Positions 34,834 through 44,631 of a stretch of 58,808 nt of DNA are shown here, one piece after another. The DNA comes from an uncultured Dehalococcoidales bacterium (GTDB lineage Bacteria; Chloroflexota; Dehalococcoidia; Dehalococcoidales; JAUVZE01): positions 1-58,808 of the forward strand of contig CAZNEL010000001.1 in NCBI GenBank assembly GCA_964572285.1, written 5' to 3'. The stretch's first letter is position 1; each line of letters starts with the position of its first letter. The translations under genes were made by a program, and so were the position numbers. Under the pieces are notes generated by a model. It worked only from the letters and a program-made list of their open reading frames with translations, was not told where the DNA came from and made no database searches.

Positions 34834-35739
34834 TTAGGAACATAATAACTCAATAAAGGCCTCGGCATCAAAAGGTGCTATATCTTCTATCTTTTCGCCG
34901 ACCCCGATAAACTTGATTGGTATGTGCAGTTCATCGCAGATAGCCAGCACTATGCCGCCCTTCGCCGTTCCATCCAGTTTAGTCAGAAAAATGCTGTTTA
35001 TGCCTACTGCTTCAGTAAAGTGTCTGGCTTGGGTTAAGCCATTCTGACCGGTGGTAGCATCGAGGACCAGCATCACTTCATGTGGTGCGGTGTCATCAAA
35101 CTTGGTAGCTACCCGCTTGACCTTTTTAAGTTCTTCCATGAGATTAAACTTCGTATGCAACCTGCCCGCCGTGTCAATAATCAACTCGTGGGCACCACGG
35201 CTCTGCGCTGCTTGCATGGCATCAAAAACTACTGCGCCTGGGTCTGCTCCAGGCTGATGGGCAATAACATCTACTCCTGCTTTTTCTGCCAGTTGTTGGA
35301 GCTGGTCGATAGCCGCTGCTCTAAAGGTATCAGCTGCAACCAATATAACCCGCTTACTATCATTTTTTAAGCTGTAGGCAAGCTTGGCGATAGAAGTAGT
35401 CTTGCCACCGCCATTGACACCTACTACCAGAGTAACTTTGGGTAATGTTGCTGAATACGGCTTCTCTTGAACAGGAATCTTTAGGATATTGACCATCTCT
35501 GACTTTAAGATGGAGTGTACCATCGAGCCTTGGTCTATTCTTTCCTCGGCGATGCGTTTTCTTACCTGACCAATGAGTTTTTCCGTAGTGGCAACTCCCA
35601 CGTCGGCGGAGATAAGTAGTTCTTCAAGCTCGTCCCACACTGTTTCATCTATGACTGTGCGGTCGAACAGATATGTTAGCCGTTTAAACCACGTATCACG
35701 GGTACGTTTTAATGCTTTCTCTGTTTTAAAATTTAACAA
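34834..35739 (-). CDS. ftsY: Signal recognition particle receptor FtsY (start trimmed)
   Basis: GVNGGGKTTSIAKLA, DTAGR and TKLDG motifs. TTG 35739 is preceded by GAAGGAATAGGA. The track's 42-codon upstream extension overlaps the helicase 3' end. Confidence 0.9.
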   Translation of the reverse strand: MLNFKTEKALKRTRDTWFKRLTYLFDRTVIDETVWDELEELLISADVGVATTEKLIGQVRKRIAEERIDQGSMVHSILKSEMVNILKIPVQEKPYSATLPKVTLVVGVNGGGKTTSIAKLAYSLKNDSKRVILVAADTFRAAAIDQLQQLAEKAGVDVIAHQPGADPGAVVFDAMQAAQSRGAHELIIDTAGRLHTKFNLMEELKKVKRVATKFDDTAPHEVMLVLDATTGQNGLTQARHFTEAVGINSIFLTKLDGTAKGGIVLAICDELHIPIKFIGVGEKIEDIAPFDAEAFIELLCS

Positions 35740-35776
35740 TCCTATTCCTTCTATTCCCTTTCTTTTATAAAACAGT

Positions 35777-38074
35777 CTACTTACCCAGCAACCCTTGCAG
35801 CAATATCTTAGCGGCTTTTTTATCCAGGGGTTTATTATTATTGCCACACTTCGGTGATTGAACACAACTGGGGCAGCCGTCCAGGCATGGGCACTCCTTG
35901 ACTACTTTGAGTGTGGCTCCCCATAGTTCCTCTATCATGTTAAAACCTTTCTCGGCAATACCGATACCACCGGGATAAGCATCATAGATAAATATCTGAG
36001 CTTTACCGGTATCAGAGTGGAAAGGTGTGGATACACCACCGATATCGTTACAGTCACAAAGAGCAAACAAGGGAAGGATGCTGATAGCGGCATGTTCAGT
36101 AGCATGTAACCCACCGGCGATGTCCCTTTGTGCCGCTACTATTTTATCACCAACCGTAGACGGCAGGTCAAACCATAAGGCAACGGTAGCAAAATGTTGA
36201 GGCGGTAGATCGAGAGGCTCCTCGCCGATTACCTCTTCAGTGAATTGGGCCTTCTTTCTAAAGCCGATTACCGTAGTGGTAACTTCTACTTCACCTAAAC
36301 ATACTTTCACCGGTCCGCAATTTCTGCTATGGATTACCCTGAGAATATGCAGTTCGGTGCTATCCTTGGTTTGAGTATAGTAGGTAACATTGCTTGGCAC
36401 TACATAGGCAGTGCGACCAGCCAGATCAAGCTCAGTGACCAGAAAAGATTCTCCCTGGTGAAGGTAGATAGCCCCGGGATGTACCTGAAAAAGGGCTACG
36501 CTAGTTTCTATGGTTTCCAGCAGGGAGCCGGTTGAGGTATCAATAACAGCCAGGCTTTGCCCTGAACTGGAGCGGATACTGATGTTTTGAGCCGGGTAGG
36601 CGATACGGGGTGATACATACCACTTGCCTTTTCTTTCGTTAAGTAATCCCTGTTCGGTTAGCTCTGTTTTTTCCTGTATGAAGGCGGAGCTGAAAATTTT
36701 TTCATCATCGCTATTCAGCGGCCACTCCCAGGCAGCGCATAATAGGTGAACCCGCAAAATATAGGGGTTATCAGGGTTAATCAGAGCATTCTCAAAGCTT
36801 TTCTGGAAGAAAGCTTCGGGGTGGTGCATGAAATACTGGTCAAGCGGATTATCTAAACCGATAAGAAAACTCAGGGATGTTTCTCCACTTCGGCCACTTC
36901 TCCCTGCCTGTTGCCAGGTGCTGGCGATACTCCCTGGATAACCGGTAAGCACTGTCGCATCCAGGTCGCCAATATCTATGCCCAGCTCTAGAGCGGTAGT
37001 GGCTACCACTCCGAGAAGCTCCCCGGAAAATAACTCTCCTTCTATCTGCCGACGTTCCTCGGGAAGATAACCAGCACGGTAGGGTTTAATTCTCCTGGCT
37101 AAGGTTGGGCTGATTTCGGCTAATTTATTTCTGGAGTAGGTGTAGATAAGCTCAGTAAGCCGGCGAGTGCGAGCAAAAGTGAGACTGCGGATATTCTGAC
37201 TGACTAATTCGCTGAAGAGATTGGTAGCTTCGCTATTAGCACTACGGCGAATACTCTTAGTCTCGTCGATTATAGGGGGATTCCAGAAAACAAAGTCTTT
37301 ACGTCCATGAGATGAACCATCATGATCAATTACTTCAAAAGGTAGACCGACTAATTTCTCAGCATGCTCACCCGGGTTAGCGATGGTAGCAGAACAGCAG
37401 ATAAACTGAGGGTTTGATCCGTAAAGGTGGCACAGGCGGCGCAAGCGGCGTAGCACACCGGCGACATGAGAACCAAAGACACCGCGATAAATGTGAGCTT
37501 CATCTATTACCACATACTTTAAGTTGTGTAGTAATCTTGACCAGGATGAATGATTAGGTAATATGCCGATATGAAGCATATCTGGATTAGTTAGTAGTAC
37601 CCTGGTGTGCTTTCGTATTTCAGTTCGCTCTGCTTGAGGAGTATCACCATCAAAGGTAGCGATCATCTCTATTGTGAGATTGGCACAGAGTAAACCTTGA
37701 AGGTTGTGCAACTGGTCTTGGGCTAAAGCTTTTGTTGGAAAGAGGTAAAGAGCACAGCTACGCTGTTCGATTAGCATTGTTTCCATCACGGCAATGTTAT
37801 AGCATAATGTCTTACCACTGGCACTGGGGGTTGATACCATGATATTCTTGCCTTCTCGGGCTTTGTTAACTGCCTCAGCTTGATGAGTATAGAGTGGTAA
37901 TAACCCCTGTTTATTCAGGCGATTGTGAAGGTCAGCTACCAGAGGCTTATCAAGTTCAGCATGATTGGCCTGGCGAGGAGGAATATGTTCGACATGGACA
38001 ATCTGAGAGCGATAGGCAGGTTGATTAATGAGATGATTGAGGAAAGTAGTGGCGTTCATTGCGGCCTTGCTCAT
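35777..38074 (-). CDS. DEAD/DEAH-box helicase with a C-terminal DUF1998 zinc domain (YprA/MrfA-like)
   Basis: 765 aa with SASGKTL, VIDEAH, QQAGRSGR and C-terminal CPCLDGCPSCVQSPKCGNNNKPLDK. Confidence 0.85.
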   Translation of the reverse strand: MSKAAMNATTFLNHLINQPAYRSQIVHVEHIPPRQANHAELDKPLVADLHNRLNKQGLLPLYTHQAEAVNKAREGKNIMVSTPSASGKTLCYNIAVMETMLIEQRSCALYLFPTKALAQDQLHNLQGLLCANLTIEMIATFDGDTPQAERTEIRKHTRVLLTNPDMLHIGILPNHSSWSRLLHNLKYVVIDEAHIYRGVFGSHVAGVLRRLRRLCHLYGSNPQFICCSATIANPGEHAEKLVGLPFEVIDHDGSSHGRKDFVFWNPPIIDETKSIRRSANSEATNLFSELVSQNIRSLTFARTRRLTELIYTYSRNKLAEISPTLARRIKPYRAGYLPEERRQIEGELFSGELLGVVATTALELGIDIGDLDATVLTGYPGSIASTWQQAGRSGRSGETSLSFLIGLDNPLDQYFMHHPEAFFQKSFENALINPDNPYILRVHLLCAAWEWPLNSDDEKIFSSAFIQEKTELTEQGLLNERKGKWYVSPRIAYPAQNISIRSSSGQSLAVIDTSTGSLLETIETSVALFQVHPGAIYLHQGESFLVTELDLAGRTAYVVPSNVTYYTQTKDSTELHILRVIHSRNCGPVKVCLGEVEVTTTVIGFRKKAQFTEEVIGEEPLDLPPQHFATVALWFDLPSTVGDKIVAAQRDIAGGLHATEHAAISILPLFALCDCNDIGGVSTPFHSDTGKAQIFIYDAYPGGIGIAEKGFNMIEELWGATLKVVKECPCLDGCPSCVQSPKCGNNNKPLDKKAAKILLQGLLGK

Positions 38075-38370
38075 AAGGCGGTTAGCAGTTCAATTTCGTA
38101 ATTGAGTATTTCCACCTCAAACCGCCCGTTTACAATAAAGTCTACTACCTTTGATAGGACTTCATTAGCATGACGGTTATTATTGCTGACATAACAAATG
38201 CCGAGGGTGGCCAACTGCCATAGTTCCTGGTCATCAATCTCGGCAACAGAAACATCAAACCTGTTTTTGATCCGAGAAACAATGGATTTTAATACCCGCC
38301 TCTTACCTTTAAGAGATAGATTTTCCGGCAAACGAAGCTCAATCCTGCACACACCAACATTCATTACCAT
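38071..38370 (-). CDS. DUF503 (YlxP-like) protein
   Basis: 99 aa with CRIELRLPENLSLKGKRRVLKSIVSRIKNRF. Its stop overlaps the helicase ATG as ATGA. Confidence 0.75.
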   Translation of the reverse strand: MVMNVGVCRIELRLPENLSLKGKRRVLKSIVSRIKNRFDVSVAEIDDQELWQLATLGICYVSNNNRHANEVLSKVVDFIVNGRFEVEILNYEIELLTAL

Positions 38371-38430
38371 CTAACCGGGACAGATAGTGGTAGAGTGAGG
38401 CGGGTATTATATTCTTATACGGAAGTTACC

Positions 38431-38727
38431 TTACACGGATGATCTATGCTTTTCGTAACACTCTTTGCAATAGACCGGACGGTCTTCCCTGGGCTGAAAC
38501 GGCACTGTGGTTTCACATCCGCAATCAGCGCAGATTACAGTGAACGTCTGTCTTGGCTGATTATAGCCGCCACCCTGTCGGTCTCTTCGCTTGGCTGTTC
38601 GACATTCCGAACAGCGGCTAGGTTCATTCTGCAATCCGTGGGATAGATAGAACTCTTGCTCACCAACGGTAAAAGTGAACTCTTGTCCACAGTCACGGCA
38701 TGTTAGAGTTTTGTCTTCCAGAGCCAT
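38431..38727 (-). CDS. Double zinc-ribbon protein (CxxC-x17-CxxC, twice)
   Basis: 98 aa. CRDCGQEFTF...CSEC and CADCGCETTVPF...CKEC. AAGGAGGTG SD. Confidence 0.7.
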   Translation of the reverse strand: MALEDKTLTCRDCGQEFTFTVGEQEFYLSHGLQNEPSRCSECRTAKRRDRQGGGYNQPRQTFTVICADCGCETTVPFQPREDRPVYCKECYEKHRSSV

Positions 38728-38867
38728 AAAACTACACCTCCTTGTATTTTATCGTCCTTTGTTCCTGATGTAGTCTCTGGCTGAAAAACCCTGTGCCGAA
38801 TTGATTTGTCAGGTGTTAACCGGGTTCTAACTGAGAAACAACATTGAACCAAGGTACTACAATATAT

Positions 38868-38897
38868 ACTATACACCCTGCAGGCGGGTGTAGTCAA
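38868..38897 (-). promoter_or_regulatory. Sigma70 promoter TTGACT-N18-TATAGT for the zinc-ribbon gene (implies a ~130-nt leader)
   Basis: On the minus strand the -35 is at 38892-38897 and the -10 at 38868-38873. The spacer contains the dyad ACACCC-N7-GGGTGT. Confidence 0.55.
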
Positions 38898-38934
38898 GTA
38901 AGTGTACGTGTTTATATGACTAATGGTATTGTGC

Positions 38935-38963
38935 TTGCATACTAAACCTGATTATGGTATAAT
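38935..38963 (+). promoter_or_regulatory. Near-consensus sigma70 promoter TTGCAT-N17-TATAAT for the nusA operon
   Basis: Hexamers at 38935-38940 and 38958-38963 with an exact 17-nt spacer. Confidence 0.75.
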
Positions 38964-38975
38964 CCCATATAGAAT

Positions 38976-39011
38976 GTGGGGAATTCGAGTGGGTTTTATT
39001 CCCACTTTTTT
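38976..39011 (+). terminator. Leader intrinsic terminator/attenuator between the promoter and nusA
   Basis: GTGGG(G)AAT (38976-38984) pairs with ATTCCCAC (38998-39005), followed by TTTTTT (39006-39011). An alternative inner stem is AGTGGG/CCCACT. Confidence 0.5.
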
Positions 39012-39051
39012 GTTTGTCGTAAAATAATGGTATCGGGGGGTCTATTTCGAG

Positions 39052-40506
39052 ATGAAAAGTGACTTTCTTCTCGCTATTACCCAGCTCTCGGCTGAAAAAA
39101 ACCTGTCTAAAGAGGTAGTACTTAAGGCAGTAGAGACGGCACTGGTATCAGCTTATAAGAAAGATAGTTTCGCAGCCAATCAGAGTATTTCAGTTAGGCT
39201 TGATCCTAGCACTGGTCGAGTCAAAGTGTGGGCCAAGAAGGTTACAGTTGAGCAACCTTCCGATACTCGTTGCGAGATAGCTCTAGATGAAGCATGTAAA
39301 TTTAAGCCAGATGCACAAATTGGCGACATTATTGAAGTGGAAGCTACCCCACATAATGCTGGGCGTATTGCTGCCCAAACGGCAAAGCAGGTTATTCTAC
39401 AGCGTCTTAATGAGGCGGAGCATAGTGCCATATTTGAGGAATACGCTGACAAAGAAGGCGATATCGTCACCGGGTTAGTGCAGCGTATTGAGCCAAGGCA
39501 AGTCACCATTGATTTAGGTAGAGCTGAGGCGATATTACCTGCTGTTGAGCAAGCACGTAATGAAAGGTACCGGGTGGGGCAAAGGCTCAAGGTCTGCTTG
39601 TTGGAGGTAATTCAGACTAGTAGAGGACCTCGAGTAGTGGTATCGCGTTCTCACCCAGATCTGGTTCGTCGGCTTTTTGAGTTGGAGATTCCTGAAGTTT
39701 TTAACGGAATAGTGGAGATAAAAGCGATTGCCCGTGAAGCTGGTTATCGGAGTAAAGTAGCAGTAGCGGCAAAACAGGATGGCATTGACCCTGTTGGTTG
39801 CTGCGTTGGGCTTCGCGGTATCAGAATACAGAATATCGTCAATGAGTTAAGTGGTGAAAAACTGGATGTCGTTAGGTGGAATCCAGATGCCTCCGTATTT
39901 ATTACTAGTGCTCTTAGCCCAGCCCAGGTACTAAGCGTTGAGCTAGATAAAGAGAATGGTATAGCCACCGTGATTGTCCCTGACAAGCAACTTTCCTTGG
40001 CCATTGGTAAAGAGGGACAAAATGCTAGGCTGGCAGCTAGACTCAGCGGATGGAGAATTGATATTAAGAGTGCTTCAGCAGTTGAGGCAGAAAAGGTAGA
40101 AAGAATAGCTGAAGCCAAGCCGACTACCGAGGAGGCAGAGCCGTTAACTGAAATCGAAGAAGAGGCTATAATTAGTGAGGAAATTCCTGCTGAGATACCA
40201 GCTATTGAGGAACCGGAACCAGCTTTAGCGCCTAGTGAGGTTCCTCCAGGGGAAGTGGCTGAGCTATTACCAGCTCTAGATAGCACCTCTGTTCCCGAGG
40301 AAGTTTACCTTGGTGAGCGAGCAGTTGAAGAAAAACCCCAACTGAGGTTTGCCGAGGAGATCCTGGCAGTTGGTCCGAGCAAACCTGAGCCTAAATCAAG
40401 GAAGAAGAAAAAGAAAGTAGTCCGTGGTAAAGTAATTAATGAGGACAGTATCCGAGGTGCCAAGCTACGTCGAAGCACGGAGTTTATTGATGATGAGGGA
40501 TACTAA
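39052..40506 (+). CDS. nusA: Transcription termination/antitermination factor NusA with a long acidic/basic C-terminal tail
   Basis: 484 aa with S1 and two KH regions (LAIGKEGQNARLAARL). Confidence 0.94.
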   Translation: MKSDFLLAITQLSAEKNLSKEVVLKAVETALVSAYKKDSFAANQSISVRLDPSTGRVKVWAKKVTVEQPSDTRCEIALDEACKFKPDAQIGDIIEVEATPHNAGRIAAQTAKQVILQRLNEAEHSAIFEEYADKEGDIVTGLVQRIEPRQVTIDLGRAEAILPAVEQARNERYRVGQRLKVCLLEVIQTSRGPRVVVSRSHPDLVRRLFELEIPEVFNGIVEIKAIAREAGYRSKVAVAAKQDGIDPVGCCVGLRGIRIQNIVNELSGEKLDVVRWNPDASVFITSALSPAQVLSVELDKENGIATVIVPDKQLSLAIGKEGQNARLAARLSGWRIDIKSASAVEAEKVERIAEAKPTTEEAEPLTEIEEEAIISEEIPAEIPAIEEPEPALAPSEVPPGEVAELLPALDSTSVPEEVYLGERAVEEKPQLRFAEEILAVGPSKPEPKSRKKKKKVVRGKVINEDSIRGAKLRRSTEFIDDEGY

Positions 40507-40816
40507 GCAGCGCGTACCAAAGCGGACCTGTGTAGCCTGTCGTAGGGTAGGTGCCAAACACGAACTAATCAGACTAGTGCGTGTTTCTGATGGTAGCGTG
40601 GAGGTTGATGCTAGCGGCAAGAAAGCAGGACGAGGTGCTTATTTATGCCAAATACAAGACTGTTGGGAAATTGGGCTAACAGGTGGTCGTCTAGAGTATA
40701 CTTTACGAACCACCCTCACCCAAGATAACCGTGAGCAGCTTATTAAGCATGGAGAAGCCCTCTTGAAACAAGGTCAAATACTACAAGACCAGCTGGTGAC
40801 CTGGAAAGAGGAATAG
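40490..40816 (+). CDS. ylxR: YlxR/DUF448 (RnpM-like) RNA-binding protein (start trimmed)
   Basis: [20 protein letters not shown]... is the canonical position after nusA. ATG 40490 overlaps the nusA end. Confidence 0.85.
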   Translation: MMRDTKQRVPKRTCVACRRVGAKHELIRLVRVSDGSVEVDASGKKAGRGAYLCQIQDCWEIGLTGGRLEYTLRTTLTQDNREQLIKHGEALLKQGQILQDQLVTWKEE

Positions 40817-40820
40817 CGTA

Positions 40821-42668
40821 TTGAGAAGGAGTCAATCATTGGCGAAGATAAGTAAACCGAGTGAAGCTCTGAAGCCTTTAGCTGAAGAGGTTAGTAATGC
40901 TTCTTCAGCACCTGAAATTCACTCCATTGAGGTTCCAAAATCGTTAAGCGTGAGGCGCTTGGCTGAGCTCCTTCACATAAGTGCCATTGATATTATTAAG
41001 CAACTGATGAGAAATGGCATTATGGCTAACATTAATCAGCTCATCGATTACGAGGCAGCGGCAGCAGTGGCCACCGCCACCGGTTATGAAGTACATCTGA
41101 AACCTCAGACAGGGCGAAAATTAGCTAGTGCTATGTCTGAGGTTAAGCGACGTCAGCAGCTTCGAGATAAGGAATTAGGTCAACTGCAACCACGTCCCCC
41201 CATAGTTACTATTATGGGACATGTTGACCATGGCAAGACCAGACTTCTTGATGCCATCCGGCAGACCAATGTAATGGCTAGAGAAGCTGGGGGTATTACC
41301 CAACATATTGGTGCTTATCAAGTAGAGGTCAATGGCCAGAAGATTACCTTCCTGGATACCCCAGGCCATGAAGCTTTTACCGCTATGCGGGCTCACGGCG
41401 CACATGTAACTGACATCGCTATTTTGGTGGTAGCGGCCGATGACGGGGTAATGCCGCAAACTTTAGAAGCTATAAATCACGTCCGGGCAGCCGGAGTTCC
41501 TATTGTAGTGGCTATCAATAAGATTGATAAATCCAACGCTAATCCAGAACTTGTTAAGCAGCAGCTAGCTGATGCTGGATTGCTTATCGAAGAATGGGGG
41601 GGCGATATTGTCTGCGTTCTCGTTTCAGCCAAAGAGAAGACGGGCATCACCGAACTATTGGAGAACCTGCTGTTAGTAGCTGAGATAGGGGAGCTTCAAG
41701 CAAATCCTGGTCAACCTGCGGTGGGGGTAGTGATTGAAGCGAAAATGGATAAGACCAAGGGATCATTGGCTACAGTCTTGGTTCATACTGGTACCTTAAG
41801 ACTGGGTGATACGGTAGTGGTGGGCATTACCTGGGGTAGGCTAAAGGCTATGTACAATTACACGGGCAAACAAATAAAAAAAGCTGGGCCAGCTACTCCC
41901 GTTGAGCTTCTTGGCCTAAATGATGTTCCTCGCGTGGGAGATACACTGACCGTGGTGGCTGGTGAGCATCAAGCTCGAGCTTTAATACAAGAGCGCTTGC
42001 AAGCGGCGCAGAAAAAGTCAATACGCCTGGATAACCTATATGATCATATAAGTGCCGGTAATATCAAAGAGCTTAATGTTATTCTTAAAACTGATGTTCA
42101 GGGTAGTATTGAACCGGTCAGGAATTCTTTGGAACAATTGGACACAGAGAAGATGAGAGTCAGGATTATCCATAGTGGCAATGGTAATATTACTGAGAAC
42201 GATGTTATGTTGGCGGCTGCCTCTAAGGGACTTATCGTTGGTTTTGGTGTTTCCTCAGAAACAGGGGCACGACGGTTAGCTAATGTGGAAGGTGTAGATA
42301 TTCGTCACTATGATATCATTTACAATTTAATAGATGATGTGGATAAAGCTCTTAAGGGTCTTCTCGAGCCAACTTATGTTGAGGTTATCGAAGGACGGGC
42401 CGATGTTCGGGCTGTCTTTTCAAAAAGTAAGAAAGATAGGGTGGCTGGTGCCTATGTTACTGAAGGTAAGATAAACCGTGCTAGTTCAGTTAGAGTGAGG
42501 CGTCAGGAACAGGTGGTATCGGAATCTGTAGTTAGTAGCCTGAGGCGTTTTAAGGACGATGTTAAGGAAGTAGCCACTGGCTATGAGTGTGGTATCAGTA
42601 TCAAAGACTTTGAGAACTTTGAAGTTGGTGACATACTGGAATTCTTCCGGACTGAAAAATCAAGCTAA
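40821..42668 (+). CDS. infB: Translation initiation factor IF-2
   Basis: 615 aa with [13 protein letters not shown] and NKID. TTG start. Confidence 0.95.
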   Translation: MRRSQSLAKISKPSEALKPLAEEVSNASSAPEIHSIEVPKSLSVRRLAELLHISAIDIIKQLMRNGIMANINQLIDYEAAAAVATATGYEVHLKPQTGRKLASAMSEVKRRQQLRDKELGQLQPRPPIVTIMGHVDHGKTRLLDAIRQTNVMAREAGGITQHIGAYQVEVNGQKITFLDTPGHEAFTAMRAHGAHVTDIAILVVAADDGVMPQTLEAINHVRAAGVPIVVAINKIDKSNANPELVKQQLADAGLLIEEWGGDIVCVLVSAKEKTGITELLENLLLVAEIGELQANPGQPAVGVVIEAKMDKTKGSLATVLVHTGTLRLGDTVVVGITWGRLKAMYNYTGKQIKKAGPATPVELLGLNDVPRVGDTLTVVAGEHQARALIQERLQAAQKKSIRLDNLYDHISAGNIKELNVILKTDVQGSIEPVRNSLEQLDTEKMRVRIIHSGNGNITENDVMLAAASKGLIVGFGVSSETGARRLANVEGVDIRHYDIIYNLIDDVDKALKGLLEPTYVEVIEGRADVRAVFSKSKKDRVAGAYVTEGKINRASSVRVRRQEQVVSESVVSSLRRFKDDVKEVATGYECGISIKDFENFEVGDILEFFRTEKSS

Positions 42669-42715
42669 GTAGACTATATCGTAATGGTAGGAACGCATCT
42701 AAGGAGGTGCTAACT

Positions 42716-43084
42716 ATGACTCGCCGTGTTCAACGGCTGAACAACCTTATGCGTCATGAGATTAGTGAATTACTGCAACGCCAAGCCAAAGACCCTAGGC
42801 TTGGTAATTTTATTGCTGTTACTGAAGTATCTATCACGCCTGACCTGCGATCTGCCAAGATATTCGTAAGCCATATAGGTAATGAAGAACAAAAACAGGA
42901 GACAATGAACGCATTGACTGCCGCTTCCAGTTTTTTCCGTAGAGAACTAGCTCAACGAATAAGGTTGCGGCATATGCCGGAACTAACCTTTCAATGGGAT
43001 GATTCTATTGAGCGGGGGGCTCACCTCTTAGATTTAATCGATCAGGTCACCACTGAGAAAACTGCTCAACAAGATAGTAGTTAA
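42716..43084 (+). CDS. rbfA: Ribosome-binding factor A (start trimmed)
   Basis: ATG 42716 is preceded by AAGGAGG. The track's GTG 42707 lies inside that SD. Confidence 0.9.
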   Translation: MTRRVQRLNNLMRHEISELLQRQAKDPRLGNFIAVTEVSITPDLRSAKIFVSHIGNEEQKQETMNALTAASSFFRRELAQRIRLRHMPELTFQWDDSIERGAHLLDLIDQVTTEKTAQQDSS

Positions 43085-43086
43085 AG

Positions 43087-44007
43087 ATGCATGGCATACT
43101 AAATATTGCCAAGCCCCAGGGTATGACCTCTTTCAATGTTGTGTCTATAGTGAGACGCTTGAGTGGTGAAAGGCGCGTGGGTCATGCCGGGACCCTTGAC
43201 CCGGCGGCTACCGGTGTTCTGCCAGTTTGTCTGGGACAGGGAACACGGGTCGTCGAGTTTTTGGTGGATGCCAGTAAGTCTTATCGGGCCGAAATAGAAT
43301 TGGGCATGGCCACCGATACCTATGACGCTAGTGGTAAAGTCATCCAGACATGGGACTACTCCGGGATTAGCCGGGAACAAGTAGAATCAGCACTTACTGC
43401 TTACCGTGGTTTAATTGAGCAGACTCCTCCAATGTATAGCGCCATAAAACATCAGGGTAAGCCACTCTACAAATTAGCGCGAGCCGGCATCGAAGTCGAG
43501 AGGAAAAGCAGGCCAGTTGCAATTTATAATCTGGATATTATAGATTGGCAAACACCAATATTCACCTTAGAGGTGGTATGTAGTAAGGGAACTTATATCC
43601 GCTCGCTAGCTCACGATTTGGGGCAAACTCTAGGTTGCGGAGCTAATCTAAAAAACCTCGTCCGCTTGAGATGTGGCTGTTTTGATATAAAGGACTCCGT
43701 CTCACTGCCCCAGCTTGAAGATGCTTTTCGGTACGGTTACTGGCAAAACTTTGTTTATCCCATAGACACGGTGATTTCACATTGGTCAGCTATGGTGGTC
43801 AACGATGCCGCCGAACAATCTATTAGAAACGGATGCCCGCTACCTCTAAGGGACAGCACTTATCTTGGACAACATCCGCTGGTACCAGCATCCAAGGAAA
43901 AGCGCTGCCGGGTATATTCCCTCGACGGCTGTTTCCTGGGCGTATTACGCCTCAACTCTGAAAAAGAGCAATGGCAGCCCGAGAAAATATTCTCGTTGTT
44001 AGCCTAG
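43087..44007 (+). CDS. truB: tRNA pseudouridine(55) synthase
   Basis: 306 aa with the GHAGTLDP catalytic Asp motif. Confidence 0.93.
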   Translation: MHGILNIAKPQGMTSFNVVSIVRRLSGERRVGHAGTLDPAATGVLPVCLGQGTRVVEFLVDASKSYRAEIELGMATDTYDASGKVIQTWDYSGISREQVESALTAYRGLIEQTPPMYSAIKHQGKPLYKLARAGIEVERKSRPVAIYNLDIIDWQTPIFTLEVVCSKGTYIRSLAHDLGQTLGCGANLKNLVRLRCGCFDIKDSVSLPQLEDAFRYGYWQNFVYPIDTVISHWSAMVVNDAAEQSIRNGCPLPLRDSTYLGQHPLVPASKEKRCRVYSLDGCFLGVLRLNSEKEQWQPEKIFSLLA

Positions 44008-44166
44008 AGTACCAATAGCGAGAACATTTGCAGGATTTCTAAATTAACTCCGGCTGTAAAGCTCTTTATAATCAGCTATATACCGGATCTTCCTATGCAG
44101 TTAGATTTCGGGAATTCTTTAAGGATTAGTAATGGGGTTGGATTTGAAAGGACGAGGGGTGGGAGG

Positions 44167-44195
44167 TTGACAGGGTGTTAAGCTATGAATAGACT
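44167..44195 (+). promoter_or_regulatory. Sigma70-like promoter TTGACA-N17-TAGACT for the 44227 gene
   Basis: Hexamers at 44167-44172 and 44190-44195. Confidence 0.55.
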
Positions 44196-44226
44196 TAAGC
44201 CATAAATATAAGGGAGGTAACAGAGC

Positions 44227-44631
44227 ATGGAAATCTTGAGATGGAAGACAAGAATTGCGGTGCTGTGGGTCTTAATGGCGGTGGCTATATCAGCGCACAA
44301 TATAATGGCGTTTATGGAACCAGGTATGATAGAGGAAATAATATCCGGAAAGGTAGAGGGAGCAGCACTGACACCTGGAATGTTGATATTTAGGGCTATT
44401 TTTTGGCTGATTCCACTGTGGCTGGCATTTGTAGCAATGACTCTGAAAGATCCATCAAATCGCTGGGTAAATTTCGTTCTGGGCATAATCTTCACGGTTC
44501 TTAACATCGGGCATTTCATTGAACATTTGGCACCACCTTCACCTGTCCAAATCCTGATTGTTGGTTCAACAGTTGTGGCTACAGCACTGATTGTCTGGTA
44601 TGCATGGAAGTGGCCTAAAGAGGAAGTTTAG
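44227..44631 (+). CDS. Small 4-TM membrane protein (DUF6326-like by recollection)
   Basis: 134 aa with AGGGAGG SD. The pattern is LWVLMAVAI...MEPGMIEEIISG...NRWVN. Confidence 0.5.
   Translation: MEILRWKTRIAVLWVLMAVAISAHNIMAFMEPGMIEEIISGKVEGAALTPGMLIFRAIFWLIPLWLAFVAMTLKDPSNRWVNFVLGIIFTVLNIGHFIEHLAPPSPVQILIVGSTVVATALIVWYAWKWPKEEV

Noticed and set aside
35740-35865. 42-codon N-terminal extension of the ftsY ORF.
   Set aside because: It overlaps the helicase 3' end and has an implausible sequence (CCKGCWVSRLFYKRKG). TTG 35739 has an upstream purine-rich SD-like tract.
38703-38897. 64-aa minus-strand ORF upstream of and overlapping the zinc-ribbon gene start.
   Set aside because: No SD and an implausible composition. 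It spans the predicted promoter and leader of the zinc-ribbon gene.
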